DNA of 64,000 nt from the human T2T-CHM13v2.0 reference genome, Homo sapiens: NCBI RefSeq assembly GCF_009914755.1, contig NC_060932.1; one strand, given 5' to 3'. Every line of letters starts with the position of its first letter. Position 1 is the first letter of the stretch. Below the pieces are notes generated by a model that saw nothing but the letters and a program-made list of their open reading frames with translations, made no database searches and had not been told where the DNA came from. Below are positions 43,889 through 56,815 of the stretch, in pieces. The position numbers and the translations under genes were made by a program.

Positions 43889-45013
43889 TGTGTCCGGAAT
43901 TGGTGGGTTCTTGGTCTCACTGACTTCAAGAATGAAGCCGCGGACCCTCGCGGTGAGTGCTACAGCTCTTAAGGTGGCGCGTCTGGAGTTTGTTCCTTCT
44001 GATGTTCAGATGTGTTCGGCGTTTCTTCCTTCTGGTGGGTTCGTGGTCTCGCTGGCTCAGGAGTGAAGCTGCAGACCTTTGCGATGAGTGTTACAGCTCT
44101 TAAGGTAGCGCGTCTGGAGTTGTTCGTTCCTCCCGGTGGGCTCGTGGTCTTGCTGGGCTCAGGAGTGAAGCTGCAGATCTTCGCGGTGAGTGTTACAACT
44201 CATAAAAGCAGCGTGGACCCAAAGAGTGAGCAGTAGCAAGATTTATTGCAAAGAGCGAAAGAACAAACCTTCCACAGTGTGGAAGGGGACCCGAGTGGGT
44301 TGCCACTGCTGGCTCCGGCAGCCTGCTTTTATTCTCTTATCTGGCCCCACCCACATCCTGCTGATTGGTAGAGCCGAGTGGCCTGTTTTGACAGGGCGCT
44401 GAGTGGTGCGTTTACAATCCCGGAGCTAGATACAAAGGTTCTCCACGTCCCCATCAGATTAGTTAGATACAGAGTATGGACACACAGGTTCTCCAAGGCC
44501 CCACCAGAGCAGCTAGACACAGAGTGTCGATTGGTGCACTCACAAACCCTGAGCTAGACACAGGGTGCTGATTGGTGTATTTACAAACCTTGAGCTAGAT
44601 ACAGAGTGCCGACTGGTGTATTTACAATCCCTGAGTTAGACATAAAGACTCTCCACCTCCCCACCAGACTCAGGAGTCCAGCTGGCTTCACCCAGTGGAT
44701 CCCGCACCGGGGCTGCAGGTGGAGCTGCCTGCCAGTCCTGCGCGATGCGCTCACACTCCTCAGCCCTTGGGCAGTTGATGGACCTGGGCGCCGTGCAGCA
44801 GGGGGCGGTGCTCTTCGGGGAGGCTCCGGCCGCACAGGAACCCACGGAGGCGGGGAAGGCTCAGGCATGGCGGGCTGCAGGTCCCGAGCCCTGCCCTGTG
44901 GGAAGGCAGCTAAGGCCCGGCGAGAAATCGAGCACAGCGCTGGTGGGCCGGCACTGCTGGGGGACCCAGTACACCCTCCGCAGCCGCTGGCCCGGGTGCT
45001 AAGCCCCTCACTG
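43889..45013 (-). mobile_element. LTR12C (ERV9) solo LTR, 5'-truncated
   Basis: tgtgtccggaattggtgggttcttggtctcactgacttcaagaatgaagccgcgg is the reverse LTR12 3' end. It has U5 repeats, U3 tandem gagctagacacagagtgctgattgg units and a CpG-rich arm, and breaks at ctaagcccctcactg. Confidence 0.93.
44325..44580 (-). promoter_or_regulatory. LTR12 core promoter: AATAAAA TATA-like box and CCAAT (NF-Y) repeats
   Basis: ttttatt at 44327-44333 (AATAAAA on the minus strand). attgg at 44364, 44530 and 44571. Activity is not shown by the sequence. Confidence 0.6.
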
Positions 45014-45847
45014 AAACGATCCTTACAAGATCACCCTGTGAAGTTGTTCCAGTTTCTTTTTTGCCACATAATATTTTGCTCAAAAGACATCACCAGAGGA
45101 AGTTAGAACATGACAGAAAAAGAGAACAACTTCTGGAGCAGAAGGGGAGCGGTGACAGGGAGGGGTGAACACTGGACACAGGCTCCAGAAGCCTAAACCG
45201 AAAACCTGAAAACCATAGGCACAGGCCAAATATCTTATTTTACAAATGAGGAAACTCAGGCACAAAGTGAAATGATCACCCGGAGGCGCCACCACTAGTC
45301 ACTAGCAACACTAAGGCAGGCTTAGAGCCCAGCGACTTCCATAACCCAGTCAGAACAACTAGTGCATTCCACACGGGCACACTGCTAGCCACTTAACACA
45401 CCTCATCATATTTAATTCTCCTAACCGCTCTTAGAGGAAGGTGTTTTTATCCCATGCCGTACCTGAGAAAACTGAAAAGGATTAAGTTGCTTGGCCAAGG
45501 TAAGATATTGGGATTACTTTCCAGATCTGTAACTACTCATTTTACTCTGCCACACAGCCTTCCATGACATTCAGCCTAACAGGCCAAATAAACATTAACT
45601 GGGATCTGGACGCGGTGGCTCACGCCTGGAATCCCAGCACTTTGGGAGGCCGAGGTGGGTGGATCATTTGAGGTCAGGAGTTCAAGACCAGCCTTGCCAA
45701 CATGGTAAAACCCTGTCTCTACTAAAAATACATAAAAAAAAAAAAAAAATTAGCTGGGCGTGGTGGTGGATGCCTGTAATCCCAGCTACTCGGGAGGCTG
45801 TGTCAGGAGAATCACTTGAACCCAGGAGGCGGAGGTTGCAGTGAGCA
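45010..45847 (+). repeat. Derived copy of an 838-bp local duplication (MIR relics plus a 3'-truncated Alu at ~45603-45847)
   Basis: Near-identical to 50330-51165: 4 transitions plus a difference in the Alu A-linker. Confidence 0.97.
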
Positions 45848-46179
45848 ACCATCTGAATATCTGATCATAGGTATAGCTCCTCTCTCTCAAAAAATAAAAA
45901 ATTATGCATATACTTACACACATTAACAATTCTACATACAATATCAAGTTGTACATGCAGAATCACTGACACTGTGTTTTACGGAAAACTGAAATTATTT
46001 CTTTAATGAGTATTTGTTGAGTATCTGATCTGTTCTAAGAATTACACTAGGTATGAGGCATACTGTGGCCAACAGGAGGGTCTCTTGTCCTTAAGAATAC
46101 TGGAAGGAAGGAGATCAAATGCAAGTGATAAGCAATACCACCATCTAATCAGTAAGTTCTCAAAATCCCTAACTTTTCA

Positions 46180-46465
46180 AATATATATATTATTATATAT
46201 ATAATATATATAATATATATATAATATATGTAATATATATAATTATATATTATATATATTATATATAATTATATATTATATATATTATATATAATTATAT
46301 ATATTACATATATTATATATATAATTATATATATTATATATTATATATTATATATAATACATATAATATATATTATATATAATATATATAATATATATAA
46401 TATATTATATTTGATATATATCAAATATATAATCATATATGATATAATATATAATATATATATAT
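46180..46465. repeat. (TA)n-type AT-rich low-complexity tract
   Basis: About 285 bp almost entirely A/T (atatatattatatataatt units). Confidence 0.95.
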
Positions 46466-46823
46466 TTTTGTCTAAGTCTATACTGTATGACAAACAACCT
46501 GAAATGCAAATAACCTTTCGAGATACGATTTTGAGTATACATATTTGCCTTTCATTGCTGTTTTTGGGAGTGAAAGAAAGAGCATGGAAATGAGGCAAAA
46601 AGAGTAACAATGTACCTGTCTTGCATTCTCAAGGAATAATTGCTTTTGATTGCTTTTAGAATAGGTAACCTCATCGTGACATGATTTGCTCCAGGAGCAG
46701 GAATTCACTTCCCTCTGTGATCTTTTACAAATGGCAGTGGTTTCCAAACGAACAGGGTAAGTTCATTTTTTTCTGGGAAAAAGTGTGAAGGTATCAGGAT
46801 TTTTCTCAACAGTCTGGGGTGAT

Positions 46824-47115
46824 GATGAGCATGGTGGTTCACGCCTGTAATCCCAGCACTCTGGGAAGCCGAGGCAGGTGGATCACGAGGTCAGGAGCTT
46901 GAGACCAGCCTGGCCAATATGGTGAAATCCCATCTCTACTAAACATACAAAAATTAGTCAGGTGTGGTAGCGTGCGCCTTAGTCCCAGCTACTCAGGAGG
47001 TTAAGGCAGGAGAATCACTCGAACCCAGGAGGTGGAAGTTGCAGTGAGCCGAGATCATGCCACTGTACTCCAGCCTAGGGGACAGAGCGAGACTCCAACT
47101 CCAAAAAAAAAAAAA
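46824..47115 (+). mobile_element. AluS
   Basis: Full two-arm Alu with an A tail. Confidence 0.92.
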
Positions 47116-47833
47116 TCCACACAAAAGAAAAGAATGTGTGAACTCCCTCTGACAAGATGGTATGTTGTGAAGAGGAAAGTTCATGTACCTGCATTATCCA
47201 GAAAATACTTCCTTGCAAGATCTGGATAATGTGGCTTCTGGCGTTTCTGCAAAAACAACAATTTAGCACAAAAACTATGCTGCTATCTATGGAAAGTTTA
47301 AGGGAAGAGTAAATGTTAAAACAATTAAAACAAGCAAATAAAATGTTTTAAATAACAGTAAAAATCCAACATTGACAGGGAACAGAGTTCAAGAATGGTT
47401 TTAGATAGAGAAATGAATTATCCTACATTAGCGCATTTTCTGATTGAAGGTAATTTCTTTAAATGCCAAAAAATCTTTATAAGATAGTTTTACTGGCAAT
47501 CTTTCCAATCTATTTCACACTCCCTGTCTCCTTAATCAAACCAAGTAAACAAAATGTAACATTTTTGATGACTCACTAAGTACATCCATTACTTTGCAGT
47601 GCTGTAATGCAGCCATTCTGAGAGGCTACTGACGACACAGATTTGACTGCCTCTCTTCAAAACAACTCCAGATGTACCATTTGGAGACCTAGTGCCCTTT
47701 AAGGTTGCAACATTTTCTCTTTACCTCATTAGCAAATCACTTCTTGCTACTGCCCCTCTATCTGAGGAACATCACTTCCTTGAACTCCATTCTTCTAATT
47801 CATGGCCAAACTGAGAAAACAATTGTTTCTTTA

Positions 47834-48157
<324 letters not shown>

Positions 48158-48878
48158 TTAAAAATTTATGTAATAACCTAAATGTCTGTGTTCTATTAAA
48201 TTCATCTTATTAAAATCAGTTGGATTTGGCTATTAACTTGCCCACGAACAGCTGGCTCGGTGATAGTCAGCAGTAACTTGTATGCTGGTATTTGCCTGTG
48301 TCTACAGGCCCAAGATTATGATATGCCAGGGGGAGGATCAGGTCAAAAATTTCAAAGTGAAAACTAATTGTGGGTATTATTAAAAACAGGATCTAAATAC
48401 AGGTTGTGTGAAATTTGTGAGGTCAGTTATTAATACATGGACTCTGTAATTATTCTGGCTGTTGAGAGTTATTTTTATTTTTTTGCTTGTTTTCACTTTT
48501 TTTAGTCATTTTAAAAAAAGATTGACCTTTAGCTAAGTGAAGCATTACTATAACAACACACTGTTTTCCTTTATGGGATATTTTGACTATATAATTATAA
48601 ATGCCTTTAAAATAAAATTTGTTTTTCTGTATCCTTATTGGCTAAGTAAATACCATGTTCAGGATAGAATATTTGCCATGGTAGTTCCACTTATCCTTGC
48701 ACTGCTGGTCTGCTGAAAGGAGGGCATCAATCATCCCAAGGAGCTCCTCAGTCTCCTGACATATCATAAGCAAAAAGAGGATAGCTTTTATTCATGATGT
48801 GACCAGTTACATTCATATCAATAATACATGCTCATGTTAGTGAGAGGGGCAGCAATCTTGGACTGTTATGACACTTTA

Positions 48879-49356
<478 letters not shown>

Positions 49357-50329
49357 TCATTAATATTCCATTACAGTACCCTTAATGATTACAACCACCA
49401 CCACTCAAACTTTTTTCCTTTTTTCTTTTTTTGGGGGTTAAAAATCTGTTTGTACTCTTAAGCAGCATCTGTTCTGTTAAAACATTGTAACAGACTTCTT
49501 TTTGGTAATTTTTTTTTTTTTTTAAGAAAACACATGAACATGATTTGTGGATCTTCAGTTACTTCAAATATTACCCTCATTATCGTCACCATTTTTCATT
49601 CATGGTCTGAACCACACCAAAAGCAGCATCATTATTCTGCCCATGATGAGCACGTGATCGAAAGCGAAAGCAGGCTGCCAGACCTCCACGGGGAGGGCAG
49701 AAGCGGAAACACGCCACGCACCTTTCATCACCTAACTCAGCTTGATTTACTTTACTGAAAAAAGCAGCAATATTCCATATTTTAAGCCAGAACCTTTAAA
49801 GCTTTTCTCTTAAAAAGCTTGCAAACCTAGCTTTTCTCTTAAAAGGCTCTCCGACTTACACAGGACAGGCATCCAAGCCCTCTTCCTCCATGGATACTGT
49901 TGCTACCAGGTTTCCATGACCTTCTCTTGGAAAGAACTCACCTACTCTAGGCAACAGTTGATGCTCTTTTTTTAGCTACACTTAAATACCACCCATAAGT
50001 TCCTATTTTCAACTACATACTCCGAATATAACTCAGATCAAGTATTTTTGAGAATTCAGTTCAGGCTTTTCCTTTATAAAAAGTTCAGACCTTTTTCTGA
50101 CTGAGGTCTGCTTCTTCCTCTTGTGTAGTCCTTTGGGAATAATCTTTTGAAAATGCTGCAATGACAAAAGCAATTTTCTTGGATTTAAATCTGAACATTC
50201 TCTGGTTTCATTATTAAGTATACACTTCTTTGTCTAAACCAGTAAATACAAGGTGAGAGCTAAGAGAGTTAACACTTTAGAAATGCGATTTGGATTCAAA
50301 ATGACGTTAAGAAAATGCCCAGCACTTAG

Positions 50330-51263
<934 letters not shown>

Positions 51264-51769
51264 CTACTCTTTGTTTCTTTTCTACTTCGTTCAGGTAAGG
51301 GACAAAGGGGCAATGAGGAAACCAGTCTACCAGCAGAATCTCTAATAGGAAGCTCTAAATAATTCAATACTTAATATATTTCCTTCAATACTGTCACCAC
51401 CAGCATCCGAGCCACCATCCTTCTCACATAGACAATTGCGATTTTACCATCTTTCCACTTCCACTTTCCTAAACAATTCTTCAAATATCCAGAGTAAAAC
51501 ATGACAATAAACATAGGATCATGTTACTTTCCAGTTTTCAATTCTTCAAAACAATTCCCATTGTCTTTTTCTTAAAACGTCAGTGTTTTTAATACTGTTA
51601 TATAGTTATTTCTGAACTGTTGGTCATTACACTGTACTCAGTACTTTAAAAGAATGACCAAGAGTAGTAAAATTTCATTAAGCCTATTTTTATATGATGC
51701 CTAAAACCTCTGGCTGAATAGACAAACTGCCCCATTTTTTTTTTTAGAGTGGACTTGTCCATTATTTTT

Positions 51770-51957
51770 GTCATTGTTTTACTGACAGAATTACAAATTC
51801 ACAGGCAGTTGTAAGAAAAGAACAGAGTCCTTGTGCCATTTACCCAGTATCCTCCAATGGTAACATCTGCAAAACTATAGTATGATAGCACAAACCAGAA
51901 TGTTGACATTAATAAAACCTAGTCTTATTCTGATGTCTCCAGCTATACCTGTACTCA
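51770..51957 (-). mobile_element. L1MC fragment
   Basis: attcacaggcagttgtaagaaa...ccaatggtaacatctgcaaaactatagta. Confidence 0.6.
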
Positions 51958-52831
51958 GCGATAATCAGGAAGTAAAGATGAGAGAGGAGAGAGCAACAAT
52001 GAGAGTGGGAAGATCAAATAGGGAAAAAAGACTTCATGTTGCTTAGGTTAAGCCTTCTGGTAGAAAATATTGAAAAGTAGGGCAATTGTCAGTGTTAAAT
52101 TTCCAATCTTCTCCCTGGCTGAAAGGGGTAGATGGAACTCAGAAAGAGAGATGGGTCAGTTTTACTCTTTTTTTTTTTTTTTTTAAGAAGAATCATTACA
52201 GCTTTTGCTGTCACTCCGTGTGAACAGATCCTTTTTGGGGTTTGAACTTACAAAAATGGCTTATCTCTAGATTTTTAATGGCTGATTCATCTGTTGTTCT
52301 TTACCCTTATATACAGCTGTAACTGATTAAAAAGCCTAATGGTTACAAATCTGAGAGCCTCACTTTATATTTTCTAATTATGTTTCTTCCTTATCCAAAA
52401 AGATGCATTAATCTTTATTTAAAATGTGTTTTATCTTTGCTGATCTTTTGAGTCTGTTTAAATTCTACCTTCTTGGCTAATTACTCCATCATTTTCACAA
52501 ATTATTTTTCCTTAAGAAAACCAAATGAGAAAATTATGTTTAAAACAACATATATAATCCTTTCAGCTGACAAGATAGGTTAAAAACGGGATGGAGGTAT
52601 CCTACATATTCTTGGAACTGTCTCCTAAGAGAATCTTGCCTAAACTCTGTCCTTTGAGAAAGCAAGGGAAAACAAATGTATTTGAATGACAACTTTCATT
52701 AAAATTCTAACCAACAGACTATGTAACAATTTAATTCACTGTTTTTTTATCACTCCATTCATGGAGTGAAGCTTATAAATCCTGCTAGGCCAAGCATACT
52801 GATTTACATCCTTTCAATTTAACCCATTCTT

Positions 52832-52868
52832 CACACACACACACACTCTCTCTCTCTCTCTCTCTCTC
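52832..52868. repeat. (CA)n(CT)n compound microsatellite
   Basis: Read directly from the sequence. Confidence 0.9.
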
Positions 52869-53875
52869 TTTCTTCCACATTAAAACTTTTGCTCTTCCCT
52901 TAAGGGAAGACGTGCTAATTTCAAAGTTCATAAATTCCCAAGTAAAGCAATTTCTATAAAAAAACTTAAAAATTTAAAGAATATTCTAATGTCAAACATC
53001 TAATAGCAAGCAATAACCTAAAAGACTGTCATATTGATTGGTATCTGTAAGATTTATTTCCCTACGTTTTTAAATGATTTCCAGTGACACTGTCTTCTAA
53101 CTAGAATTATTCTTAGACCTACTTGTGTATTTAAATACATTCAAGGTATGTTTTTAAACATTCTGCAAATTGTGTTCAGTTTTATCACAAATATTTGGAA
53201 CATTTTGTTTTGTTGTTTCTGTTCTTTCCATCAATAAGTTGGTATAAAAATTTTTAAAGGAGAGACTGTTTCAGCTAATTTCTTTCTACTCTCCCTTGGT
53301 ACTTACTGAATTTAACTGCTGCTCAAAAAAGAAATAAAGATCTAACAATGACTGGAATAAAAATACTAAGGAGAGCAGTATCAGAGTATTAAATGGTAGA
53401 TGGCAATGGGAAAGTGGGATAGAAAACAATTGGGTTCATGTCATATCAAAATCTACAGTCTAGATGTCTCTTCAGAATGAAATTATGGGACGGCCAATAA
53501 CTGACCTTCCACCCTTTATGTTCCTAGACCATTTGCCAGGATCTTCTTGTCATTTATTTCTCAGTTTCTTCCCTTCTTTCATGTAAATACATTTTCAAAT
53601 GGACAATTCATCTCTAAATATATAAATACCTGGTGACCATCACTGAAAGGCCCTGTGTCTTTTCTGTATATAATGAGAAATGGACAATTATCAACCACCA
53701 GAGTTAGAAATGCAGAGCAGATTCGATAGAAGATAGAAACGCAGCTTTTCTGTTACAAACAAGAACAAGGGTTTCCTAAGAAACTCAGTAGAAATAAAAT
53801 TCAGGGAACAGAAATGCAGAGGATCAAGACACTGCATTTTGAACATTAAGATAGAGGAACTTTCAAGAAAATTCT

Positions 53876-54432
53876 TATTTTTAAATGTTTTAATTGACAA
53901 ATGAAAAGTATATATTTGTGGTGCACAATGCAGTATTTTGAGTACACATACATACTGTACAATGATTAAATAAAGCTAATTAACCTATTTCTCACCTCAC
54001 ATACTGTTTTGTGATGAGAACATTCAAAATCTATTCTCCTAGTATTTTTCAAACAAACAATATGATGTTATTAACTATAGTCACCATGCTATACAACAAA
54101 GCTCTATGATTTATTTATATAGTCGAAAGGAAATTGTACCCTTTGTTTAAATCCCCACCATCCCCAGACCCCTGGTAACCACCATTTAACTCCATGAATC
54201 TGTGAGATCAACTTTTTTAGATTCCACTGTAAGTGAGATCATGCGGTATTTGTCTTTCTGTGCCTGGCTTATTTCATTTAGTGAAACGTCCTCCAGATTT
54301 ATCGATGTCACAAATGACAGAATTCCTCCTTTTTAAGGCCAAATAATATTCCACTGTGCATATCTACCACATTTTATCCATTCGTCTGCTGATGAACATT
54401 TAGGATGATTCCGTATCTGGGCTGTTATGAAT
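53876..54432 (-). mobile_element. L1MA 3' end
   Basis: tattaactatagtcaccatgct...agattccactgtaagtgagatcatgcggtatttgtctttctgtgcctggcttatttca. Confidence 0.85.
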
Positions 54433-55179
54433 TTTCAAAGGTTATTCTACAGAGTGAAGAGTTTCAGAAATATGCACATAATCAAAAGCTAACACTTCAC
54501 TAGTTGGTATCAGCCGCTGATAAGACTGGGTGAAAGAAGTCCCCAGGCTGACACAGTCAAGAGTCCATAAAAATTGCCCCGAGACAAAGCAGAATCCCAA
54601 CAATTCCTGGACCTGATCCTTCAGACCAACGCCTCTCCATTAGGAAGGCACATCTCTAGCAACCCTTGTCTCCCCCAGGGATGTTTTAATCACTTCAAGT
54701 AATTCACATCTCCATCAATATTCCAGGATAATCTTGGGATCTTAGCAGAATATGAACTAGTTTGCTTCCTCAAAGGTTCTTCAAGATTCCAGGACCAGTT
54801 CAAGAGCCAATGCACCCTAGTACTTCCCCTCTTGTAGCATCAAAGAGGGAAGTCACTAAAAACGCAAATCAAACGTCAGGTTTAAAAATGTGGGAAGAAG
54901 GATAGGCCCAGGAGAAAGAGGCTGTTAACAAGGTAAAAAGGTAAGGGTTAAGCAAGATTCATTTTCAGTCAACGTCACAGGTGCTTCCTTTCAAAGAGCA
55001 GAGGCTATGTATCTTTGGAAAGCAGCAAGCTAAAAAGGGATGGTGGGTAGAGGTTTTGACTACTGCCGCTAATCTCACTCGCCTCTAAAAAGTCTTAAAA
55101 CCAGATACCTGCAGGAAGGGATAGGGTCCTTCCAGCCCACTTTAGGCTAAGTAAAATAATATCAAAAATAAAAAGTTTT

Positions 55180-55360
55180 AATAGCTAACAGACAATACTT
55201 ACTATATGTGAGGACTCTAAAATCTCCCATTTTATAGATGAGGATATTGAAATACACTATTTACTTGACGTAGTCCCCTGACTATTAAGAGACAGAACCT
55301 GGTATTAGAACCCAGTCAGTACAGTTCTCAAATCATAATCTCAATCCTCATACCGTACTG
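55180..55360 (-). mobile_element. MIR
   Basis: cccattttatagatgagga matches the MIR core. Confidence 0.55.
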
Positions 55361-55822
55361 TCTCTCAAAACACAGCCTACAATACAGAGCTAGCCTGCAT
55401 TCTACATTCTTATCCCTCTTTATTCACGTCGTTAGTACCTGTAATACTTATTAGAGCCTTACGAATGTTTTACAAAATCTATCAGACCCAAAGCAGAACC
55501 TCCCCTTTCTCTTCCATTGTCCCCAAGGATGCTTGAATACAAACCACATCCAACCGCTGGGATGGGTGGAGCCAGTAGAAACATGATCACAGGGTTAATC
55601 AGAAACTTGTAAGACAGTAGCAAATTTTTCTGTGTTTATCTGTACTATGTGAATCATACCAGATGATCTGGCCTATTTTGTTATATGAATGACTGTCTTG
55701 ATTTGGTCATGTAGTTGAGAGGGGTAAATATGAGAATGTCTTTGGGTGAAAGAAGGGGCAGGAAATGCAATGGAATAATAACCAAGATAACAAGTCTTTT
55801 ACCTATACTTCAAAAGGCCATC

Positions 55823-56237
55823 TGACATGGTTTGTGTCCCCACCAAAACTCATGTTGAATAATAATCCGTAGTACTGGATGTGGGGTCTGTTGGGAGGTG
55901 ATTGGATCAGGAGGGCGGAGCTCTCATGAATGGGTTAGCACTGTCCCCTTGGTGCTGTTCTCATGATGACGAGTGAGCTCTCCTGAGCTATGGTTATTTA
56001 ACAGTGTGCAGCATCTCCTTCCTTCCTCTCTTCCTCCTGCTCCGGCCACTTAAGATGTGCCTGCCTCCCCTTCTGCCACGATTTTAGGTTTCCTGAGGCC
56101 TCCCTAGAAGCCAAGCAGATGCCAGCATCAGGCTTTCTGTACAGCCCGCAGAACCATGATCAAAATAAACCTCTGTTCTTTATGAATTACTCAGTATCAG
56201 GTATTTGTTTGCAGCAGTGGGAGAATGGACTAATACA
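55823..56237 (+). mobile_element. MST (ERVL-MaLR) solo LTR
   Basis: tgacatggtttgtgtcccc...aataaacctct...ggactaataca, with a 5-bp TSD CCATC (55818-22 and 56238-42). Confidence 0.9.
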
Positions 56238-56704
56238 CCATCTCAAACATCACCTCCTCCCAGCCTTCTGCTTTGAAGAACCTAAGTAATATGCTATCAC
56301 TGGTTGTCTTCTGATATCCAACTTATTTCACTTTTATTACACATATCCATATCTTACACTGTAAACACCCTGTAGGGGAAAAAATGTCAAATATCGGTTT
56401 AGGTTATTTGAGTAAACAACGAAAGCTGCAATGGAATTTTAAACTAAAAAAAGGGCTCAATGTATCATCTATCCCTTCAATACAGTATAAGGCAAATTCA
56501 GAAGCAAAATATTAATTAAATCAACTGAATTGAAGGACTGTACACAAGCTTCTCATTTCTCACACATTTAAATATGTCAAGGTCTATTTTTTCTTAACCC
56601 TTTCTCTTCAGAAAACAACTACAACAACAAAAAAACAGAATTTGGCTTATACTTTTATTTCAACATGGAATAACTGTTTATTTTATGGAGAAAGACACCT
56701 CCAA

Positions 56705-56815
56705 TATTTCTCAGTAGTCTGTGATCTCTGAGGACAGGTGCCCATTTGGTTTCAGCATCTTCTCCAATCCCACAACACCTAGTAAACACACAGCAGACCT
56801 TTAATAAATGTTTCC
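56705..56815 (+). mobile_element. L2 3' fragment
   Basis: ctctgaggacagg...acacctagtaaacacacagcagacctttaataaatgttt resembles the L2 terminus. Confidence 0.5.

Noticed and set aside
44390-44645. Regularly spaced ~40-bp repeats resembling a repeat-spacer array
   Set aside because: These are the known LTR12 U3 tandem enhancer repeats, not a CRISPR array. The context is eukaryotic.
43875-45106. GC-rich ORFs up to 166 aa and CpG-island-like sequence
   Set aside because: They lie inside LTR12C. The open frames reflect GC content, and this is not a host CpG island.
46616-46772. Minus-strand AG…GT pair (157 nt)
   Set aside because: Mediocre donor, immediate stop codon and no independent support.
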